Shown piece by piece: positions 57,333-64,000 of a DNA stretch of 64,000 nt (its first letter is position 1; every line of letters begins with the position of its first letter). The DNA is from Dehalococcoidia bacterium (GTDB taxonomy: Bacteria; Chloroflexota; Dehalococcoidia; Bin125), in assembly GCA_963555985.3 (NCBI GenBank), contig OY820591.1, forward strand, positions 1,952,001-2,016,000. Direction: 5' to 3'. Position numbers and translations under genes: made by a program. Below the pieces are notes generated by a model. It was not told the DNA's origin, ran no database searches, and saw only the letters and a program-made list of their open reading frames with translations.

Positions 57333-59348
57333 CTACTCCGCCGCAGCCGCCTGACGCACCTTCTGCGCCACGTGATCCGGCACCGGATCATAGCGCTCGA
57401 ACTCCCACGCAAACGTCCCCCGCCCGCCCGTTATCGAACGCAGATCCGTCGCGTAGTGCAGAAATTCCGCCATCGGACCTTCCGCAATCACTACCGACGA
57501 GCCCGGCAGATCATCGCCCGGCTCCATCCCCAAGACCCGCGCCCGGCGCGAGTTCAGATCGCTGATGATGTCGCCGGTCGACGACTCCGGCGCTGTGATC
57601 CGCAGACTGTGAATCGGCTCCAGCAAGATTGGCCGCGCCGACGAGACCCCCTCCTTCAGCGCCTGCGACGCCGCCAGCTTGAACGCCATCTCCGAGGAGT
57701 CCACGTCGTGATGCTTGCCGTCGTACAGCACCACCCGCAGATCCGTCAGCGGGAACGTCCCCGATGGCAGCGATTCCACCACGCCCTTTTCCACCGCCGG
57801 AATGTAGTTGCGCGGTACCGCCCCGCCCACGATCTCGTCCGCGAATTCGAACCCCGCCCCCCGAGCCTGCGGCTCTACCCGCAAGGCCACCCGCGCGTAC
57901 TGACCGTGACCTCCCGTCTGCTTCTTGTGCAGGTATTCCGCCTGCCCGACCGCCGTGATCGTCTCGCGGTAGGGCACGCGCCGATCGTGAATCTCCACCT
58001 CGACTTTGAATTTGCGCAGCAACCGATCCGCCGCCAGCTGCACATGCGACTCGCCGAGACCGCTCAGAATCGTCTCCCCCGAATCGCGGTCGCGCTCGAT
58101 CCGCAACGTCGGATCGCCCTCAACCAGCCGCGTCAGCGACGGCCCCAACTTGTCCACGTCTGCCTTCGTCTTCGGCTCAACCGCCGCTGCGAAAATCGGC
58201 GCCGGCATCTGCGGCGCGGGCGCTTGAGTACCAGTGCCTTTCACCCGCAGCGTGTCGAATGTCGTTGTATGCGAGAGCTTGGTCACCACGCCGATGTCGC
58301 CCGCCTCAAGCGACGCGGTCTGGGTCAACTCCTTGCCCCGCGCACGCGAGAGATTCGCCAACCGCTCATCTTCCCCCTTCTGCGCATTCTCCAGGTGCGA
58401 GTCCGACCCGATCGCCCCGCTCAACACGCGCAGATACGACAGCCGCCCCACAAACTCGTCTGCCGTCGTCTTGAACACGAACCCGACCGGATCGCCGCTC
58501 GGATCAGTCTCAATCCCGTCCGCAACCGGAGGCGATTCCAACGGATCGGGCAGGCTCTCCCGGATCACCCGCAACACTGCTCCCGCTCCGATGCTGGAGA
58601 CCGCCGACATCGGAATCACCGGAATCAGCGAACCGGCCAGCATCGCCGGCTTGATCGCCGCAACCAAATCCGCAGGATCGATCTCCTCGTCTTCCAGATA
58701 CATCATCATCAGGTCTTCGTCCGCCTCGACAATCTGCTCCACCAGACCCTCACGGGCGTCGGCCGCCGCCGCGGCCGCATCCGCCGGAGCCTCCGACGGC
58801 TTCGCGTCGCTCCCGATCCACGCCTCGCCCGAAAGCACGTCCACCACCCCGCTCAGGTTCGACTCCGCCCCGATCGGCAGATAGAGCGGCTGGCACTCGG
58901 AACCGAACGCCGACTGCACCGCCTCCAACGCCTCCTCCCAACTCGAATTGTCCCGATCCAACCGCGAAACCACGATCACACGCGGAATCCCCCGTCTGAC
59001 CGCCATCCGCCACGAGGTCTCCGTCCCCACCTGCACTCCCGCAGAGGCGTCCACCACCACAATCGCCGCGTCCACCACAGCCACCGACGCCACCACTTCG
59101 CCGATGAAGTCCGCGTAACCGGGGGTGTCCAGCACGTTGATCCGCAGATCCTCATGCTCCAGCGAGACGAGCGACGTGTTGATCGACATCCCCCGCTGCT
59201 GCTCCTCCGGGTCGAAGTCCGAGATCGTGTTGCCTTCCTCAATCCGGCCGATCCGCGTCGCCGCCCCGGTCGCAAACGCCAGCGCCTCTACCAGCGTCGT
59301 CTTCCCGGCCCCCTGGTGCCCCACAATGCCAACATTCCGTACCGCCAT
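57333..59348 (-). CDS. elongation factor G-like protein (EF-G2 type)
   Basis: GHQGAGKTT, DTPGYADF, GLGESH, PYRETI, KKQTGGHGQY, DSSEMAF. Confidence 0.9.
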   Translation of the reverse strand: MAVRNVGIVGHQGAGKTTLVEALAFATGAATRIGRIEEGNTISDFDPEEQQRGMSINTSLVSLEHEDLRINVLDTPGYADFIGEVVASVAVVDAAIVVVDASAGVQVGTETSWRMAVRRGIPRVIVVSRLDRDNSSWEEALEAVQSAFGSECQPLYLPIGAESNLSGVVDVLSGEAWIGSDAKPSEAPADAAAAAADAREGLVEQIVEADEDLMMMYLEDEEIDPADLVAAIKPAMLAGSLIPVIPMSAVSSIGAGAVLRVIRESLPDPLESPPVADGIETDPSGDPVGFVFKTTADEFVGRLSYLRVLSGAIGSDSHLENAQKGEDERLANLSRARGKELTQTASLEAGDIGVVTKLSHTTTFDTLRVKGTGTQAPAPQMPAPIFAAAVEPKTKADVDKLGPSLTRLVEGDPTLRIERDRDSGETILSGLGESHVQLAADRLLRKFKVEVEIHDRRVPYRETITAVGQAEYLHKKQTGGHGQYARVALRVEPQARGAGFEFADEIVGGAVPRNYIPAVEKGVVESLPSGTFPLTDLRVVLYDGKHHDVDSSEMAFKLAASQALKEGVSSARPILLEPIHSLRITAPESSTGDIISDLNSRRARVLGMEPGDDLPGSSVVIAEGPMAEFLHYATDLRSITGGRGTFAWEFERYDPVPDHVAQKVRQAAAAE

Positions 59349-59567
59349 TGCTAAAATCCCTCCCCAAGCGCAAGCGCGCCACAGCTACCGCCGATCCTAC
59401 CCGATACCCAACATCCACAACTCCCCGACAGATCTCCCCCTCAATGGGGAGATGCCGCGCAACGGCAGAGGGGGTGAAAACGCCAAACCCAGCACAACCC
59501 TCCCCCGTAAATCCGCCCTCCCTCCGCGAAGGCGGGGAGACAGAGGAGGCTCTACTCATCCCACCCC

Positions 59568-61286
59568 CTAGACCGCCAAATCCACCACCTCCAACTCCGT
59601 ACGTCCCCGCAGACCCCGCCGCAGCGACCACACCAAATCCACCTTCCGCCCCACCGACGCCGCCGCAGCGCCAAGCCGCCATCCAATCCCCGACCAACGC
59701 CGCTCACCGGCGCGCAGACTCAGACTCAAGTGCGCGTTCTCTGCGCCAACTGTCCGCACCTGCTCCACGCTCACCCCTGTACTCAGGAAGCGCGGCGTCG
59801 GATTGCCCTCGCCAAACGGCGCCAGCCGCTCGATCCAGCGCACAATCCCCGGCGTCACCGCCTCCAACGGAACCTGTGCGTCAATGCTCGTGATCGCCTC
59901 CAGCGCCGACGTCCCACCGGCTCCCGCCGCCAGTTGCGCCTCTGCCGACTCGTTCAGCCGCTGCATGATCGCGCCCAGCTTCCCAGGCTCAGCCGAAAAT
60001 CCCGCCGCCGACTGATGCCCGCCCCCGCGAATCAGCAGATCGCGCGCCGACTCCAGCATCTGCACCAGGTCGAAACCCACGCCCGTCCGGCCCGATACTC
60101 GCGCCTCCCCCTCCACAATCGACCACACGAACGCCGGCCGCGACCATTCATCCGCCAGCCGCCCTGCCACGATCCCCACGATCCCGTGATGAATCTCCTC
60201 ACCGCCCACGAACAGCGCCAGCGGCGCCTGCCCCGACGGATCCAACTGACGGCGAATCTCACGCGATGCAGCTTCCATCGCCTCTGTCGTCAACCGCCGC
60301 CGACGCTGATTCAGCCCCTCGAGCTCGTCGGCGAGCGCCCGCGCCCGCTCAGGATCGCGCTCCATCAACGTCTCCAACGCGAGCAGCGCATCATCCAGCC
60401 GCCCCGCCGCGTTGATCCTCGGCGCTAGCTGAAATCCGATCGTCTCCGTATCAACGCTGTCGCCGTTGCCCCGCCCGAACCGCAACAGCGCCCGCAAACC
60501 GGGCCGCTCCGTCGCCGCAATCGCCCGCAATCCCTGATGCACGATCCAGCGATTCTCGCCACGCAGCGGAACCACATCGGCCACGGTCGACATCGCCGCC
60601 AGATCCAGCCAGCGCTGCGGCGCGAGCTCCCGGCCCGAACGCTCCGCAAGCGCGTGCGCGAACCGGTAGGCCAAGCCCCCCGTCGAGAGATCGCCCAGCG
60701 GATGTCCCTTGGGCGCCAGCTTGGGCGTCACAATCGCCGTCGCCGCTGGCAACTCTTCAGCCGGTTCGTGATGATCCAGCACCACGACATCGAGGCCGTG
60801 CTGCTCGCGAGCCGTTTCGATCTCGCGCAGCGCCGTCACCCCGCAATCCGCCGTGATCAACACCCGCGCCCCGTCCGACGCCAGCGCTGCCACCGCCGCG
60901 TCCGACACTCCGTAGCCCTCACGCTCGCGGTGCGGTATGAACGGACGCGCCTCGATCCCGATCTCACGCAGGCCTTCGGTCACAATCGCCGTGCCCGTGA
61001 TTCCATCTACGTCGTAATCCCCGTAGACCGCCACCGGTTCTCCCCCCGCCGCTGCCCGATACACACGCTCAACTGCGATCTCCCAGTCGCCTAGCGGCGA
61101 GGGATCGGCCGGCGTCCACCACTCCGGGTTGAGAAACTCCATCGCCTCGGTCGGCGAATCAATCCCGCGCAGACGCAGCAATCGACCCACGAATGGCGGC
61201 GCGTCCAGCCCCACAATCGGCGGCGCGTCCGCCGCCTCCGCAATCCGCCAACTGCGGCCCAGCCAGCCGTCCGCACGCTCCCGCAC
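59568..61286 (-). CDS. recJ: ssDNA exonuclease RecJ
   Basis: YGDYDVDG, DCG, DHH, PRINAAGR, GGH, PFGEGNP; start approximate. Confidence 0.93.
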   Translation of the reverse strand: MRERADGWLGRSWRIAEAADAPPIVGLDAPPFVGRLLRLRGIDSPTEAMEFLNPEWWTPADPSPLGDWEIAVERVYRAAAGGEPVAVYGDYDVDGITGTAIVTEGLREIGIEARPFIPHREREGYGVSDAAVAALASDGARVLITADCGVTALREIETAREQHGLDVVVLDHHEPAEELPAATAIVTPKLAPKGHPLGDLSTGGLAYRFAHALAERSGRELAPQRWLDLAAMSTVADVVPLRGENRWIVHQGLRAIAATERPGLRALLRFGRGNGDSVDTETIGFQLAPRINAAGRLDDALLALETLMERDPERARALADELEGLNQRRRRLTTEAMEAASREIRRQLDPSGQAPLALFVGGEEIHHGIVGIVAGRLADEWSRPAFVWSIVEGEARVSGRTGVGFDLVQMLESARDLLIRGGGHQSAAGFSAEPGKLGAIMQRLNESAEAQLAAGAGGTSALEAITSIDAQVPLEAVTPGIVRWIERLAPFGEGNPTPRFLSTGVSVEQVRTVGAENAHLSLSLRAGERRWSGIGWRLGAAAASVGRKVDLVWSLRRGLRGRTELEVVDLAV

Positions 61287-61291
61287 TCGCC

Positions 61292-62539
61292 CTACGGCTC
61301 CCAGCGCTTGAACACCAGACAGGCGTTGTGCCCGCCAAACCCCATCGAATTCGAGATCGCCACCCGCACCTCCCGCTTCCGCGCCTCGTTCGGCGTGTAG
61401 TCCAGATCGCAATCCGGGTCCGGATGCTGGTAGTTGATCGTGGGCGGAATCACGCCGTCCCGAATCGCCCCGACCGTCGCCAGCGCCTCGACTGCCCCCG
61501 CAGCGCCGAGCAGATGCCCGGTCATTGACTTCGTTGAGGAGATCGAGAGGCCATATGCGCTCTCCCCAAACACCGTCTTGATCGCCATCGTCTCGAACTT
61601 GTCGTTCAGCGGCGTCGAGGTCCCGTGCGCATTCACATACTCGACCTCGCCCGGATCCACGCCCGCCCGCTCCAACGCCAGCGACATCGCCCGCACTCCT
61701 CCGTCGCCCCCTTCTGCCGGCTGCGTGATGTGATAGGCGTCGCCAACCGATCCGTACCCGCAAATCTCGGCCACGATCTTCGCCCCCCGTGCAACTGCGT
61801 AGTCCGCCCGCTCCAGCACCAGCACCGCCGCACCTTCGCCCATTACGAAGCCGTCCCGCTCCGCGTCGAATGGGCGCGAGGCCGCCGCCGGATCGTCATT
61901 CCGCTCCGATAGCGCCCGCGCCGCCGCGAATCCCGCCACCGCCATCTCGCAGATCGGCGCTTCCGCGCCGCCCACCACCATCACGTCCGCTTCGCCCCGC
62001 TGAATCGTGTACGCAGCCAGACCCAGCGCGTCCGCCGCCGATGAGCACGCCGACAACGGAGACAGGTTCGGCCCTCGAGCCTGCAACGCAATCGACACCT
62101 GCCCCGAAGCCATATTCGGCAGCATCATCGGCACTACAAACGGCGAGACCCGAGCCGGCCCTCGCGAATCGAGTACCCGAAACTGCTCCTGAGTCGTCGT
62201 GATCCCCCCGATCCCCGTCCCAATCATCACCCCCACCCGATCCGAACCGCCAAACCCTTCCGGCATCCCCGCATCCGCCGCCGCCTCATTCGAGGCCGCA
62301 ATCGCAAACTGCGAGTACCGATCCATCCGCCGCGCATCCTTGCGCGGCATATATTCCTGCGGTTTCCAGTCATCCACCTCCGCCGCAAAGCGGACCGATA
62401 GGCGCTCCGGGTCGAAGATCGAAATCGTATCTATCCCCGAACGCCCATTGACCAACGCATCCCAGGTTTCCGCCGCCGTACTCCCCACCGGCGTCACTGC
62501 CCCGATCCCCGTGACCACAATGCGCGCGTCATCAACCAT
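61292..62539 (-). CDS. fabF: beta-ketoacyl-ACP synthase II
   Basis: SACS, NAHGTST, KSMTGHLLGAAG, NSMGFGGHN. Confidence 0.95.
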   Translation of the reverse strand: MVDDARIVVTGIGAVTPVGSTAAETWDALVNGRSGIDTISIFDPERLSVRFAAEVDDWKPQEYMPRKDARRMDRYSQFAIAASNEAAADAGMPEGFGGSDRVGVMIGTGIGGITTTQEQFRVLDSRGPARVSPFVVPMMLPNMASGQVSIALQARGPNLSPLSACSSAADALGLAAYTIQRGEADVMVVGGAEAPICEMAVAGFAAARALSERNDDPAAASRPFDAERDGFVMGEGAAVLVLERADYAVARGAKIVAEICGYGSVGDAYHITQPAEGGDGGVRAMSLALERAGVDPGEVEYVNAHGTSTPLNDKFETMAIKTVFGESAYGLSISSTKSMTGHLLGAAGAVEALATVGAIRDGVIPPTINYQHPDPDCDLDYTPNEARKREVRVAISNSMGFGGHNACLVFKRWEP

Positions 62540-62797
62540 GCGAGTCTCCCTCAGATACTCCCGCAGCCTATCCCGCCCGCCTCAGATAATCACTGAATCA
62601 TCCCAGGCAAGCGCCCCCTCCAACCCAACAGCCCGCCAAAAGACCTCAGTCATACCCGCGCTCCGCCGCGGAGCCTGTCCCCGCGAAGGCGGGGATCACT
62701 CGCCCTGATCAGCACCAAACCTCTAGCCCCAGATACCAACTTCCGCATACGGAGGAAGCGCGGGAACCGCTACCCTGACCACGAAAGCGAGGCGCGC

Positions 62798-63109
62798 ATG
62801 ACCACCGAGGCAATGCCCGAACCGATCGTGCCCGAGTCCGTCTACGCCGACTATGAACAGGACCTACTCAACGACGGCGTACCGCCGGCGCAGGCGCGCG
62901 CCACGCGGCGGGCGCTGGAGCGGATCGTCGACCGCCTCGCCCTCACTCTGGCCACAAAGGCGGAATTGCAGGAGCTACGGAAGGAAATGCAGGAACTGCG
63001 CGAGCGACTGGCGCGAGTGGAAGCACGCCTCAATCTCCTAATCGGCGTCGTCTTCGTCTTCGGCAGCGGCATGATGGGCATGATGGGTGCGATTCTGAGT
63101 AAGCTCTAG
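62798..63109 (+). CDS. small coiled-coil membrane protein (DUF1640/CCDC90-like)
   Basis: GVPPAQA, LATKAEL, C-terminal TM; resembles 14768-15019. Confidence 0.6.
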   Translation: MTTEAMPEPIVPESVYADYEQDLLNDGVPPAQARATRRALERIVDRLALTLATKAELQELRKEMQELRERLARVEARLNLLIGVVFVFGSGMMGMMGAILSKL

Positions 63110-63161
63110 ACTTCCCTTGCCTTTCTCTGCGGGCATGTGAGCAGCCCTGAGCGCCGGTTCG

Positions 63162-64000
63162 CTACTGCAACCCTCCGCCGCCAAGCAACGCCTCCAGACC
63201 ACCCCCGCCTGCGCCTCCCAAACCGGCCAATCCGCCCGCATCGCCCATGCCGCCCCCAAATGCGCCCAGACTCGGAGCTTCAACCGGCTCCTCGCCCGAC
63301 AGCGAGCGCGAGGCGAGCGCCAGTGCATCCGCCACATCGCCCGCCGTGACGCCGATCGTCCCCTTCGTTCGCGCCGCCCGATTGCCCGCCTCGCCGTGCA
63401 GGTAGACACCGAGTGTGGCCGCATCGAAGGGCGACAGCCCTTGGGCCAGGAGCGCCCCGATCGCTCCGCTCAAGACGTCGCCCGTACCCGCTGTTGCCAG
63501 CGCCGGCTGCGCCAGTTCGGAGACTCGCGCTCTGCGATCGGGAGCCGCGATTACGGTGTTCGCGCCCTTGAGCACGACCTGGCAACCCCACTCGGACGCC
63601 CGATCGCGCGCCAACGTCAGACGTTGCCCCTGCACCTCGTCCACGCTCAATCCGGTCAACGTCCCCATCTCTCCCGGATGCGGAGTCAGCACCACCGGCG
63701 CGACGGCGTTCGGCAACCCGGACATGTCCTCGGACAGCAGATTCAGCCCATCCGCATCGACCACGATCCCGTTGACCGCCCCAACTTCCGGCGAGACCAG
63801 GAACTCGCGCACGAACTTCCCGCTGTGCCCATGCCGACCGAACCCACAGCCGATCACCACCGAGTCGACCGACGCCAGCTCGTCCCGAACCGTTTCCCAG
63901 GCGGCGAATCCCGAGATGACGCCCGGATCGTGTTCGGGCAGAGGCAGCAGCGTCGCCTCGGGGACAGCGCCGATCAGGTACATGGCGATCGATTGCGGCG
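63162..64000 (-). CDS. nnrD: NAD(P)HX dehydratase (3' part; start outside window)
   Basis: VVDADGLN, LTPHPGEM, VVLKG, LATAGTGDVLSG. Confidence 0.9.
   Translation of the reverse strand, partial: PQSIAMYLIGAVPEATLLPLPEHDPGVISGFAAWETVRDELASVDSVVIGCGFGRHGHSGKFVREFLVSPEVGAVNGIVVDADGLNLLSEDMSGLPNAVAPVVLTPHPGEMGTLTGLSVDEVQGQRLTLARDRASEWGCQVVLKGANTVIAAPDRRARVSELAQPALATAGTGDVLSGAIGALLAQGLSPFDAATLGVYLHGEAGNRAARTKGTIGVTAGDVADALALASRSLSGEEPVEAPSLGAFGGGMGDAGGLAGLGGAGGGGLEALLGGGGLQ

Noticed and set aside
56823-59354. Long antisense or alternate-frame ORFs (843 aa here; also 440-1858, 4572-6584, 21123-23048, 45007-46515)
   Set aside because: Shadow ORFs of real genes, expected at high GC with biased codon use
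61287-61763. N-terminal extension of RecJ in the ORF track
   Set aside because: Overlaps fabF in another frame; RecJ similarity begins near 61286
1-64000. tRNA or rRNA genes, including selC
   Set aside because: None recognised by eye; tRNAscan-SE or Infernal would be needed to exclude them

Overview
High-GC bacterial chromosomal window. The gene repertoire suggests a Chloroflexota (Dehalococcoidia-like) lineage, but that is inference. Housekeeping and metabolic genes (ino1, recF, selD, lhgO, ogt, EF-G paralog, recJ, fabF, nnrD, CoA-transferases) are separated by many REP-like palindromes. Main observations: (1) a phage head/packaging/lysis gene set split over three host-embedded loci (terminase ~0.8-2.5 kb; portal plus Com-like Zn finger ~8.6-10.8 kb; scaffold, HK97-type capsid, holin and amidase ~23.8-27.9 kb), with no integrase, replication or clear tail genes, which suggests a domesticated, GTA-like system; two of its leaders share a GAGCGCC/GGCGCTC-GCA hairpin and fold over their ribosome-binding sites; (2) four selenoprotein genes that the ORF track splits at UGA: three DsbA-like UxxC proteins with a conserved SECIS-like hairpin, and SelD; (3) an IS30 element inserted in a dRS3-like repeat whose transposase stops inside the target; (4) a defence-rich stretch (AAA+DUF4276, PIN, hicBA array, type IIG R-M, BrnT-like) and five Uma2 nucleases. 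All assignments come from reading motifs by eye; no searches were run.
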